Assembly: GCA_031384195.1 (NCBI GenBank)
Contig: JANNAK010000036.1
Location: forward strand, 1 to 50,564
DNA length: 50,564 bases
Direction of reading: 5' to 3'
Source of the DNA: Gammaproteobacteria bacterium
GTDB taxonomy: Bacteria; Pseudomonadota; Gammaproteobacteria; Nevskiales; Nevskiaceae
Below, in pieces: positions 39,097 to 47,351 of the stretch (positions are counted from its first letter, which is position 1; the number at the start of each line of letters is the position of its first letter). A program made the translations under genes and the position numbers. Under the pieces are notes generated by a model that worked only from the letters and a program-made list of their open reading frames with translations, was not told the DNA's origin and made no database searches.

Positions 39097-41946
39097 CTAA
39101 CTGCTCCGCGCGTGGCCTTTTGGGGTGTGGGATTCGTCCCAGTTCGAGCCCAAACCCCAGTCCGCTACCAGTGGCACAGAAAGCTTGTGAATCAAGCACA
39201 TACGTTCGGCAAGCGGGTTTGCGAGTGCTTCAATGGCATTTGCCGGCCCTTCGAACACCAACTCGTCGTGAACCTGCATGATCATGAGCACATCATCGGC
39301 CTTCGTGCGCAAAAATGCGTCTACATCAATCATCGCCAGCTTGATCAGGTCGGCGGCGGTGCCCTGCAGCGGGGCATTAATGGCGGTGCGCTCGGCGTAC
39401 TGCCGCTGGTTGGCGTTGCGGGACTTGATGTCGCGCAGGTAGAGTCGCCGCCCAAACAGGGTTTCGACGTAGCCCTGTTCGTGGGCCTGGACCCGGGTCC
39501 GATCCATGAAGTCCTTCACCCCCGGATAGCGGGCGAAGAAGTTGTCCATGTAGGCCTGCGCCTCGGTGCGGCTCACGCCGAGTTGGCGCGCAAGCCCAAA
39601 TGCCGACATGCCGTAGATCAGCCCAAAGTTGATCGCCTTCGCGGCGCGGCGCTGGTCGGATCCGACCTGATCCAGCGACAGGCCAAACACTTCGGCAGCG
39701 GTGGCCTGGTGGATATCGAGGCCGGCGCGGAACGCCTGCTGCAGACGCGGGTCTCCGGACAGGTGCGCCATCAAGCGCAACTCGATCTGCGAGTAGTCAA
39801 TCGACAGCAGCAGCCGGCCCTTGGCCGCGACGAACGCCTGGCGGATGCGTCGGCCCTCTTCGGTGCGCACCGGGATGTTCTGCAGGTTCGGGTCGGACGA
39901 CGAAAGCCGGCCGGTGGCTGCCACCGCCTGGTGGTAGGAGGTGTGGATGCGCCCGGTGTGCGGGTTGATGCTCTTGGGCAAATTGTCGGCGTAGGTCGAG
40001 CGCAACTTGGACAGGCCGCGCCAGTCGAGGATCAACCGCGGCAGTGGATGCGCGCCGTGCTCGGGCTGCGCCAGTTCTTCCAGCACGTCTTCGGCGGTGC
40101 TCGGCTGGCCCTTGGGCGTCTTGCCCAGCACCGGCAACTTGAGTTTCTCGAACAGGATTTGCTGCAGCTGTACCGGCGAGGCGAGGTTGAATTCGCCGCC
40201 GGCCTGCGCCCAGGCTTGGCGCTGAAGTGCTTCCATGCGCTGGCCCAGTTCTACGCTGATGCGCTGGAGCAGCGGGCCGTCGATGCCCACTCCGTTCTGT
40301 TCGATGCGTGCCAGCACCGGCACCAGCGGCATCTCGATCGTCTCGAACACCTTCAACAGCGAGGGCACTTGCTCCAGCCGGGGGTGCAGCACCCGGTGCA
40401 GGCGCAGAGTGATGTCGGCATCTTCGGCGGCGTATTCAGTCGCGCGTTCGACCGGCACCTGGTCAAACGTGACCTGCGACTTGCCCTTGCCCGCGACTTC
40501 CGCAAAGGTGATGGTCTTGTGGTTCAGGTGTTGCTGCGCCATCGAATCCATGTCGTGGCGCCATCCGGCGGCGTCGAGCACGTAGGACTCCAGCATGGTG
40601 TCGTAACCTACGCCGCGCACGTTGATTCCATGTCGTGACAGCACGTTGATATCGTATTTGATGTGCTGTCCGAGCTTGGGCTTGGTCTGGTCTTCCAGCA
40701 GCGGCTTGAGCCTGGCCAGTACCGCCGCCATTGGCAACTGCGTCGGCACGCCGAGATAGTGATGCTGCAGCGGGATGTACCAGCCGTGGCCGGGCTCCAC
40801 CGCAAACGAGATGCCCACCAGCCGTGCCTGCATGGAATCCAGGCTGTCGGTCTCGGTATCGACACAGACCAGCGCCGCCTTTTGCAGGCGTGCCAGCAGG
40901 GTCTCCAGCGTCGCCATGTCCAGCACCACCTCGGCGCGAGTGGCGGTGGCCGGCGGCGGCGCCGCGGATTCCGGCGCGTTTCCGGTGACCGCCTGCGTAG
41001 TCGGCGCTGCGGGCGCTGCGGGCGAAGCAGGCGCTGCGGGCGAAGCAGGCGCTGCGGGCGAAGCAGGCGCTGCAGGCGAAGCAGGCGTCGTCGCGCCGCC
41101 GCCGAGTTCTTCCAGCCAACGCTTGAATCCGAGCCGCTCATACAGGCGCGCCAAGGCGACTTTGTCCGGTTGGCCGGGACGCAGCTGGTCCACGGTGAGC
41201 TCCAGCGCCAGCTCGCGACGGATGGTGGCGAGGTCCAGTGCCAGCGGGATGGTCGTCAGCGAGTTGCGCAGGTTTTCGCCGGCCTTGCCCGGGACGTCCG
41301 CCGCGCTGGCAATGATCTTGTCGAGCGTGCCGTACTGGTTCAGCCATTTGGCCGCAGTCTTGGGGCCCACCAGCGGGACGCCGGGAATGTTGTCCGAGGT
41401 ATCACCCACCAGCGCCAGGTACTCGGTGATGCGCTCGGCGGGCACGCCGAATTTTTCCACCACGCCCGCCTCGTCCATGGTGCGGTTCTTCATGGTGTCG
41501 AGCAGCTTGACCTCGGCGTCCACCAGCTGCGCCATGTCTTTGTCGGCGGTCACGATCAGCACCGACAGGCCCTGCTCGCGCGCCTGCTGGGTCAGCGTGC
41601 CGATGACATCATCGGCCTCGACTTTCGCGACTTGCAGCACCGGCAGGCCCAGGGCGCGAATAACCTCGCAGGCCACCGGAAACTGTCGCGACAAATCCTC
41701 CGGCGTCGCGTCGCGGTTGGCCTTGTACTCGGGGTAGATGTCGTTGCGAAAGGTTGGCCCTGGCGGGTCGAACACCACCGCGATGCGCTCGGGCGCGTAA
41801 TCCTTGAGCAGGCGCTTGAGCATGTTCACCATGCCGTACACCGCGCCGGTCGGCTCGCCGGAGGGAGTGTTGAGCGGCGGTAGCCCGTGATACGCGCGAA
41901 ACAGCCACGAGGAGCCGTCGATCAAAACCAACGGCTTGTTCGCCAT
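39097..41946 (-). CDS. polA: DNA polymerase I
   Basis: 949 aa. 5'-nuclease N-terminus (LVLIDGSSWLFRAYH), 3'-5' exo motif (CVDTETDSLD), and polymerase motifs (DYSQIELR, RRAAKAINFGLIYG, QVHDELVFE). Confidence 0.95.
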   Translation of the reverse strand: MANKPLVLIDGSSWLFRAYHGLPPLNTPSGEPTGAVYGMVNMLKRLLKDYAPERIAVVFDPPGPTFRNDIYPEYKANRDATPEDLSRQFPVACEVIRALGLPVLQVAKVEADDVIGTLTQQAREQGLSVLIVTADKDMAQLVDAEVKLLDTMKNRTMDEAGVVEKFGVPAERITEYLALVGDTSDNIPGVPLVGPKTAAKWLNQYGTLDKIIASAADVPGKAGENLRNSLTTIPLALDLATIRRELALELTVDQLRPGQPDKVALARLYERLGFKRWLEELGGGATTPASPAAPASPAAPASPAAPASPAAPAAPTTQAVTGNAPESAAPPPATATRAEVVLDMATLETLLARLQKAALVCVDTETDSLDSMQARLVGISFAVEPGHGWYIPLQHHYLGVPTQLPMAAVLARLKPLLEDQTKPKLGQHIKYDINVLSRHGINVRGVGYDTMLESYVLDAAGWRHDMDSMAQQHLNHKTITFAEVAGKGKSQVTFDQVPVERATEYAAEDADITLRLHRVLHPRLEQVPSLLKVFETIEMPLVPVLARIEQNGVGIDGPLLQRISVELGQRMEALQRQAWAQAGGEFNLASPVQLQQILFEKLKLPVLGKTPKGQPSTAEDVLEELAQPEHGAHPLPRLILDWRGLSKLRSTYADNLPKSINPHTGRIHTSYHQAVAATGRLSSSDPNLQNIPVRTEEGRRIRQAFVAAKGRLLLSIDYSQIELRLMAHLSGDPRLQQAFRAGLDIHQATAAEVFGLSLDQVGSDQRRAAKAINFGLIYGMSAFGLARQLGVSRTEAQAYMDNFFARYPGVKDFMDRTRVQAHEQGYVETLFGRRLYLRDIKSRNANQRQYAERTAINAPLQGTAADLIKLAMIDVDAFLRTKADDVLMIMQVHDELVFEGPANAIEALANPLAERMCLIHKLSVPLVADWGLGSNWDESHTPKGHARSS
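41003..41089. repeat. 18-bp in-frame tandem repeat (about 4.5 copies) inside the polA interdomain linker
   Basis: Unit GGCGCTGCGGGCGAAGCA at 41012-41029, 41030-41047 and 41048-41065. The copy at 41066-41083 has one mismatch, and there are partial copies at both ends. It encodes (PASPAA)n on the minus strand. Confidence 0.85.
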
Positions 41947-41949
41947 GGC

Positions 41950-43200
41950 TTATCCAGGCAGCAAGCTTTCGCCGCGCAGCAGGTCTTCGAGCGATTCGCG
42001 GGCGCGGATCAAGTGGGATTCCTTGCCGTCGACCATGACCTCGGCGGCGCGCGGGCGGGTGTTGTAATTGGAGCTCATGGTGAAGCCGTAAGCCCCGGCA
42101 GTGCGGATCGCCAGCAAGTCACCGGGAGCAATCGAGAGCTCGCGGTCGCGTCCCAGCCAATCGCCGCTCTCACAAACCGGGCCGACCACGTCATAGCGGG
42201 CCTTGGGGGCGGTGTTGCCCTGCTTCACTTCAATGATGTTGTGCCAAGCCTCGTACAGTGCCGGGCGCATCAGGTCGTTCATGGCCGCGTCGACGACCGC
42301 GAAGTTTTTCTCGCTGCCCGGCTTGAGGTACTCCACACGCGTGACCAGGATGCCGGCGTTGCCGGCGATGGCCCGGCCGGGCTCCATCAGGATCTTCAGC
42401 CCGCGCCCCGCGAGTTTCTGCTTTAGCGCGGCGGCCAGCTCTGACGGCGAGGGTGGGGTTTCGTCGTGGTAGGGCACGCCCAGTCCGCCGCCGACGTCCA
42501 GATGGCGAATGTTGATGCCCGCCGCGCGCAGGCGGTCGGCCAGGGCGAGCACCCGGTCCAGCGCGTCCATGAAGGGCTGCAACTCCAGCAACTGCGAGCC
42601 GATGTGGCAGGCGATGCCGGCAATCTCGACGCCAGCCATCTGCTGTGCCTGGCGGTACAACGGCTCGGCCTGCGCGAATTCAACCCCGAACTTGCTTTGC
42701 TTAAGCCCGGTGGAGATGTAGGGATGGGTCTTGGGATCCACATCCGGATTGACCCGCAAGGCGATCGGTGCGCGCTTTTTCAGCGCCACGGCTGCATCGT
42801 TGAGTCGGATCAGCTCGGACTGCGATTCCACATTGAAGCAATGGATGCCGGTGACCAGGGCTTGCCGGATTTCGGCAATGGACTTGCCGACGCCGGAAAA
42901 AACAATCCGGCGCGGGTCGCCGCCGGCCTTCAGGACCCGGGCCAGTTCGCCGCCGGAGACGATGTCGAATCCAGCGCCCAGTCGCGCCAGCACCTGCAAC
43001 ACCGCCAGGCTGGAGTTGGCCTTCACCGCATAGCAGACCAAGTGGTCGCTGCCGGCCAGCGCATCGTCGAAGGCCTTGTAGTGCCGGGTCAGCGTGGCGC
43101 GGGAGTAGATGTAACAGGGCGTGCCATGGCGGCGGGCGATGTCCGCCACCGGGGCGTCTTCGGCGTGCAGCTCGCCATTGCGAAAGACAAAGTGGTCCAC
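41950..43200 (-). CDS. lysA: diaminopimelate decarboxylase
   Basis: GTG start at 43200. GTPCYIYS, PLP-lysine block YAVKANS, and the ESGD substrate block. The stop lies 3 nt before the polA ATG. Confidence 0.92.
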   Translation of the reverse strand: MDHFVFRNGELHAEDAPVADIARRHGTPCYIYSRATLTRHYKAFDDALAGSDHLVCYAVKANSSLAVLQVLARLGAGFDIVSGGELARVLKAGGDPRRIVFSGVGKSIAEIRQALVTGIHCFNVESQSELIRLNDAAVALKKRAPIALRVNPDVDPKTHPYISTGLKQSKFGVEFAQAEPLYRQAQQMAGVEIAGIACHIGSQLLELQPFMDALDRVLALADRLRAAGINIRHLDVGGGLGVPYHDETPPSPSELAAALKQKLAGRGLKILMEPGRAIAGNAGILVTRVEYLKPGSEKNFAVVDAAMNDLMRPALYEAWHNIIEVKQGNTAPKARYDVVGPVCESGDWLGRDRELSIAPGDLLAIRTAGAYGFTMSSNYNTRPRAAEVMVDGKESHLIRARESLEDLLRGESLLPG

Positions 43201-43427
43201 TACCGCGCGTCCTTCTGGGGCGGCAGGGTTTTGCCCTGGATTGCGTCGGAATCGGCGTCGGCCTTGGCGTCGGCGTCGGAATCGGAGTCGGCCTTGGCAG
43301 CAGGCGGGCCGGCGGATTCGGGTCCCGACTGATTCGCGGGAGGCGATTGATCCGGCAGGTACAAGTCACCCGCCTGGCCGCAGGCGGTGAGCAGGAGCAG
43401 GCAGAGCAGGCAGCCGATTTGCCGCAT
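43200..43427 (-). CDS. lptM: small lipoprotein LptM/YifL (LppL-like)
   Basis: ORF 43200..43493 trimmed to ATG 43427 (MRQIGCLLCLLLLTACGQAGDLYLPD). Lipobox LTAC, then the G.LYLP motif characteristic of YifL/LptM. Sits immediately upstream of lysA, with a 1-nt stop/start overlap. Confidence 0.6.
   Translation of the reverse strand: MRQIGCLLCLLLLTACGQAGDLYLPDQSPPANQSGPESAGPPAAKADSDSDADAKADADSDAIQGKTLPPQKDAR
43243..43298. repeat. 26-nt direct repeat with 30-nt period inside lptM
   Basis: GCGTCGGAATCGGCGTCGGCCTTGGC (43243-43268) and GCGTCGGAATCGGAGTCGGCCTTGGC (43273-43298), one mismatch. It encodes the AKADSDSDAD/AKADADSDAI acidic tail. Confidence 0.8.
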
Positions 43428-43543
43428 GGTGGGTCCGTCGATCCCGCGAAGGCAGGATTCCAATGTAAGGTTGCGCATTCTACCTGCCTTCAAATTCAGT
43501 CCCCGGTCGTTTCGGTGGACAAAATCACAGCCTCTGACGCCCT

Positions 43544-44218
43544 ATGAAAACGCTCGATACCGATATTGCGGTCGTTCTGGAACCGCACACCAAGGCGGAA
43601 GCCGCCGTCATCTGGCTGCATGGCCTGGGCGCTGACGGCCATGATTTTGTGCCCTTGGTGCCGGAACTCGGGCTGGCGGACTTGTCGATCCGCTACCTGT
43701 TCCCCCATGCCCCGCTCCGGCCGGTGACGATCAACAACGGGATGGAAATGCGCGCCTGGTACGACATTCCTTCGGTGCGCGACCTGCGCAACCAGGACGA
43801 GGCGGGCATTCGTGATTCGGAGCGAATCCTTCGCAATTTCATCCAGACCCAATTGGACCTCGGGATACCGGCGGAGAAGATCGTGCTCGCCGGGTTTTCA
43901 CAAGGCGGCGCCATCGTCCTTCACGCCGGGCTGCGTTATCCGGAACGGCTGGCCGGAATCCTGGCGTTGTCGACCTACCTGCCGTTGAACGAAAAACTGG
44001 AGTCGGAGGCGCTGACGGATCGACACGACACGCCGATCCTGATGTGCCACGGGCAGCAGGACGCCACGCTGCCGATGCAATTGGGCGAATGGAGCCGCGA
44101 CCTGCTGATGGACAAGGGCTACGCGGTGGACTGGCGCGAGTACGAGATGCAACACCAGGTCTGCGCCGAGGAAATCGAGCACATCGCCGAGTGGCTGCGG
44201 CAGCGCCTGGAACGCTAG
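43544..44218 (+). CDS. carboxylesterase/phospholipase family alpha/beta hydrolase
   Basis: IWLHGLGADG, nucleophile elbow GFSQGG, a late HG..D block and a C-terminal His. Typical of about 220-aa esterase II/YpfH-like proteins. Confidence 0.75.
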   Translation: MKTLDTDIAVVLEPHTKAEAAVIWLHGLGADGHDFVPLVPELGLADLSIRYLFPHAPLRPVTINNGMEMRAWYDIPSVRDLRNQDEAGIRDSERILRNFIQTQLDLGIPAEKIVLAGFSQGGAIVLHAGLRYPERLAGILALSTYLPLNEKLESEALTDRHDTPILMCHGQQDATLPMQLGEWSRDLLMDKGYAVDWREYEMQHQVCAEEIEHIAEWLRQRLER

Positions 44219-44254
44219 GCAGCCGTCGTCGCGTCGTCGTGCGGGCGGAACACC

Positions 44255-45337
44255 CTAGCCGGGAATCAGCTTGCCCAGTTGGGCCAGCGCCACCGCCAGG
44301 TCCGCGTCAGTCGCGGCGGTCAATGTGGCGTGGCCGATCTTGCGCCCGGGCTTGGGCGACTTGCCGTAAAGATGAAGGTGCAGGCCGGAAAATTGCACGA
44401 GTTTTCCCAGGTCGGGCAGTTCGCCAATAAAGTTGACCATGGCGCAGGGGCCGCGCAGCGCCGTGGATCCCAGCGGCCAGCCGGCGATGGCGCGCAGATG
44501 GTTCTCGAATTGGGAGCAATGCGCGCCGTCGATCGTCCAGTGACCGGAGTTGTGCACGCGCGGGGCGATCTCATTTCCGTAAAGCTTGCCGCCAGCCACA
44601 AAGAACTCAAAGGCGAGCACGCCGACGTAATCCAGGTGTTCCATCAACTTCCCGGCGTGGGATTCCGCCAGCGCCTGCATCGGGTCGTTCAGTCGCGGAA
44701 TCGAGGTGCGCAGGATTCCGTTGCGGTGGACGTTTTCAGTCACTGGATAAAAGGACAGCTGCTGGTTTGCGCCGCGTACCCCGATGCAGGAGATTTCGCG
44801 CTCGAAAGCGACGAAGGATTCGAGCAGCAGGGGTTGCCGCCCGAGTTTTTCCCATGCCGGACCGAGGTCCTCCGCGGTGCGCAGGACCGCCTGGCCCTTG
44901 CCGTCATAGCCTAGCTGGCGGGTCTTTAACATGGCCGGATAGCCGAGGTTGCGAATCACCCGGTCCAGGTCGTCGCGGCTGCCCACCGGTTCGTAATTCG
45001 GTACCGGGATCCCGAGTTCGTCGAACAGCTGCTTCTCGGTCATGCGGTCCTGGCCGACCGCCAGGGCGCGCGGCGACGGGTGCAAGGGTTTAAGGCCGGA
45101 AACGAAGCGCGCCGTTTCGTCTGGCACATTCTCGAATTCGTAGGTGGCGATGTCGATGCGCCGGCAAAACTCCATCAGCGCCTGCGGGTCGGTGTACTCG
45201 GCGCGCAGGTGGTCGCCCAAGGGCGCGGCGCAGGCGTCGGCCGCCGGATCCAGGAACACGAATTCCAGGCCCAGCGGATAGCCCGCGAGCGCGAGCATGC
45301 GGCCAAGCTGACCGCCGCCAAGGATGCCGACTTTCAC
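44255..45337 (-). CDS. purK: N5-carboxyaminoimidazole ribonucleotide synthase
   Basis: MKVGILGGGQLGRMLALAG N-terminus with an ATP-grasp core. Directly downstream of purE. Confidence 0.9.
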   Translation of the reverse strand: MKVGILGGGQLGRMLALAGYPLGLEFVFLDPAADACAAPLGDHLRAEYTDPQALMEFCRRIDIATYEFENVPDETARFVSGLKPLHPSPRALAVGQDRMTEKQLFDELGIPVPNYEPVGSRDDLDRVIRNLGYPAMLKTRQLGYDGKGQAVLRTAEDLGPAWEKLGRQPLLLESFVAFEREISCIGVRGANQQLSFYPVTENVHRNGILRTSIPRLNDPMQALAESHAGKLMEHLDYVGVLAFEFFVAGGKLYGNEIAPRVHNSGHWTIDGAHCSQFENHLRAIAGWPLGSTALRGPCAMVNFIGELPDLGKLVQFSGLHLHLYGKSPKPGRKIGHATLTAATDADLAVALAQLGKLIPG

Positions 45338-45345
45338 CGGAACGG

Positions 45346-45846
45346 TCAGCGCTTGCGCGGGTTGGGCTGCTTCAGCACCGCCCGGGTCCGCTCGCGGCGG
45401 TAGCGGGACAGCCGCCGCGCCAGCGCCGGGTCCTCCAGCGCGAGAATGGCCGCGGCCATCAGTGCGGCATTGATGGCGCCGGCCTTGCCGATCGCCAGGG
45501 TTCCGACCGGAATGCCGGCGGGCATCTGGACAATCGAGAGCAGGGAGTCCAGGCCCTTGAGTGTGCGCGTCTCCACCGGCACGCCAAGTACGGGCAGCTG
45601 GGTGATTGCCGCGGTCATGCCGGGCAGGTGGGCCGAACCGCCAGCGCCGGCGATGATGACTTTGATGCCGCGCTTCCCGGCGGACTCGGCGTAATTGAAG
45701 AGTTTGAGGGGGGTGCGATGCGCAGAGACCACTTCGGTCTCGTGTGGAATGCGCAACGCCTTCAGTGTGTCTGCGGCGTGCGCCAGCGTTTCCCAGTCCG
45801 ACTGGGACCCCATGATCACGCCTACCGTTGCCTTGTTCTTAGCCAC
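45346..45846 (-). CDS. purE: N5-carboxyaminoimidazole ribonucleotide mutase
   Basis: GTG start at 45846 preceded by [24 protein letters not shown] and [10 protein letters not shown] blocks. Confidence 0.92.
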   Translation of the reverse strand: MAKNKATVGVIMGSQSDWETLAHAADTLKALRIPHETEVVSAHRTPLKLFNYAESAGKRGIKVIIAGAGGSAHLPGMTAAITQLPVLGVPVETRTLKGLDSLLSIVQMPAGIPVGTLAIGKAGAINAALMAAAILALEDPALARRLSRYRRERTRAVLKQPNPRKR

Positions 45847-45867
45847 TTTCCTTGGGCCCTATGGGTC

Positions 45868-45895
45868 GGGAAAGCGACGGATTGTAGCGTTTCCC
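45868..45895 (-). promoter_or_regulatory. candidate purEK promoter -10 flanked by an inverted repeat
   Basis: On the minus strand, GGGAAA-N16-TTTCCC (45895-45868) encloses TACAAT (45886-45881), about 35 nt upstream of the purE GTG. Confidence 0.3.
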
Positions 45896-45930
45896 GGCCT
45901 CGCCCACCCCTCGGATGCCGGTGGCGACGT

Positions 45931-46665
45931 TCAGGGGGTCTGCAGGTCGAACTCGGCCTGGACGGTGACCCGGAACCGGATTTCGCCCGCCGAGATGCCC
46001 ATTTCCGCGTTGCCGCTGTCGGACTCGGCGCGCATGGCCATCGCCTTCAGCATGATCGGCGGCGACGGGCCGGACTGTTGGGCCGAAACCGTGCGCACCG
46101 CGCCCAGCTTGACGCCCAAGGTGTCTGCCAGCAGGCGTGCGCGCGCGCGCGCGTCTTCGGCGGCCTTCACCAGCGCCTGGTTTTCCATTTCCTTGGCGCG
46201 GCTGGATTCCAGTGATGGCGGGTTGACCTGGTTTACGCCCACCTTGGTGGCGCGCAGGAGGAAGTCGCCCAGCTTGTCGAGGTCGGTGACCAGCACGGCG
46301 ATTTCGCGCCGGACCCGATAGCCAACCAGCTGCTGACGCCGCTCCTTTTCATCCCACACGTATTCGGGCTGGATGCTGACGCCGGTGGTCTGGATCCGGT
46401 CTTCGCCAGCGCCGAGGGCCTTGGCCTCGGCCAGATAGGCGCGAACCACCTTGTTGACCGCGGCCTCGGCGGATTTCACGTCCGACGACAGCTGGTCCAC
46501 GCCCAGGGTCAGGCGTGCGCGGTCGGGCTTGATTGAATTTTCGCCTTCGCCACTCACCGACACGGTTCGCAGCGGCGCGGGGGAATCGTGCGCGGCGAGC
46601 GGCGCGGCGGCCGCCAGCAGGATCAGGGCAGGGGCCAGGTGCATTGTCGCGGCACGGGTTGTCAT
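45931..46665 (-). CDS. SIMPL (DUF541) domain-containing periplasmic protein, YggE-like
   Basis: ORF 45931..46761 trimmed to ATG 46665 (ATG 46644 is the alternative). Signal peptide, then VSVSGEGENSIKPDRARLTLGV, and QLVGYRVRREIAVLV, typical of SIMPL proteins. Confidence 0.7.
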   Translation of the reverse strand: MTTRAATMHLAPALILLAAAAPLAAHDSPAPLRTVSVSGEGENSIKPDRARLTLGVDQLSSDVKSAEAAVNKVVRAYLAEAKALGAGEDRIQTTGVSIQPEYVWDEKERRQQLVGYRVRREIAVLVTDLDKLGDFLLRATKVGVNQVNPPSLESSRAKEMENQALVKAAEDARARARLLADTLGVKLGAVRTVSAQQSGPSPPIMLKAMAMRAESDSGNAEMGISAGEIRFRVTVQAEFDLQTP

Positions 46666-46802
46666 CAGGGGGCGTTGGAATCGATCGTGTTCGGGGCACC
46701 ATCTTGCAGGTTTTCCAAAAACCCGACCAGCTGCCTGACCGGCCCCAAGTCCAAAGGACAATAGAGGGCTAAAATGGCATTCCGCTCGCTCATCCCCACC
46801 CG

Positions 46803-47351
46803 ATGCACCAGACCCCTGAAACAGTTGCGCTCAAGCGCGATGTCGTTGGCACCCTGATTCCGGCCGGGACCCGGGTCGAGCTGCCCGAGGGCGCCGAGGC
46901 ACGGATAACCCAGGCCCTGGGAGGGAGCTACACCATCCAGGTCGAAGGGCATTTGTTCCGGATCGAGGGCAAGGACGCGGACTGCCTGGGCAAGGAGGCG
47001 ACCATCGTGCCGGAGCTGGCCGCCGATGCCAGCGACGAGGACATCGTGAACGCGGTCTGGGAGCAGCTGCGCACCTGCTACGACCCGGAAATTCCGATAA
47101 ACATCGTCGAGCTCGGGCTGATTTACGAGTGCACGATTGAACCCCTGCCGGAGAAACAGCGCAAGGCGGTGATCCGCATGACGCTGACCGCCCCCGGCTG
47201 CGGCATGGGTGACATCCTGGTGGCCGATGCAAAGTCCAAGGTGCTGCAAGTGCCGGGCATCGGCGAGGCCGACGTGCAATTGACCTTTGACCCGCCGTGG
47301 ACGCAGGAGCGGATGTCCGAGGCGGCGCGACTGTCGGCGGGGATCATGTGA
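46803..47351 (+). CDS. sufT: Fe-S cluster assembly protein SufT (long DUF59/MIP18 family)
   Basis: N-terminal SufT-specific domain followed by a DUF59 core (LRTCYDPEIPINIVELGLIY...MTLTAPGCGMG). Confidence 0.7.
   Translation: MHQTPETVALKRDVVGTLIPAGTRVELPEGAEARITQALGGSYTIQVEGHLFRIEGKDADCLGKEATIVPELAADASDEDIVNAVWEQLRTCYDPEIPINIVELGLIYECTIEPLPEKQRKAVIRMTLTAPGCGMGDILVADAKSKVLQVPGIGEADVQLTFDPPWTQERMSEAARLSAGIM

Noticed and set aside
39112-41883. Two long plus-strand ORFs (508 and 406 aa) antisense to polA
   Set aside because: polA motifs on the minus strand are unambiguous. The antisense translations are Arg/Gly/Ala-rich and carry no motifs.
43428-43543. Possible lysine riboswitch upstream of lptM-lysA
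   Set aside because: The spacer is only 116 nt and lacks the multi-helix L-box organisation. It is treated instead as a simple inverted repeat (see findings).
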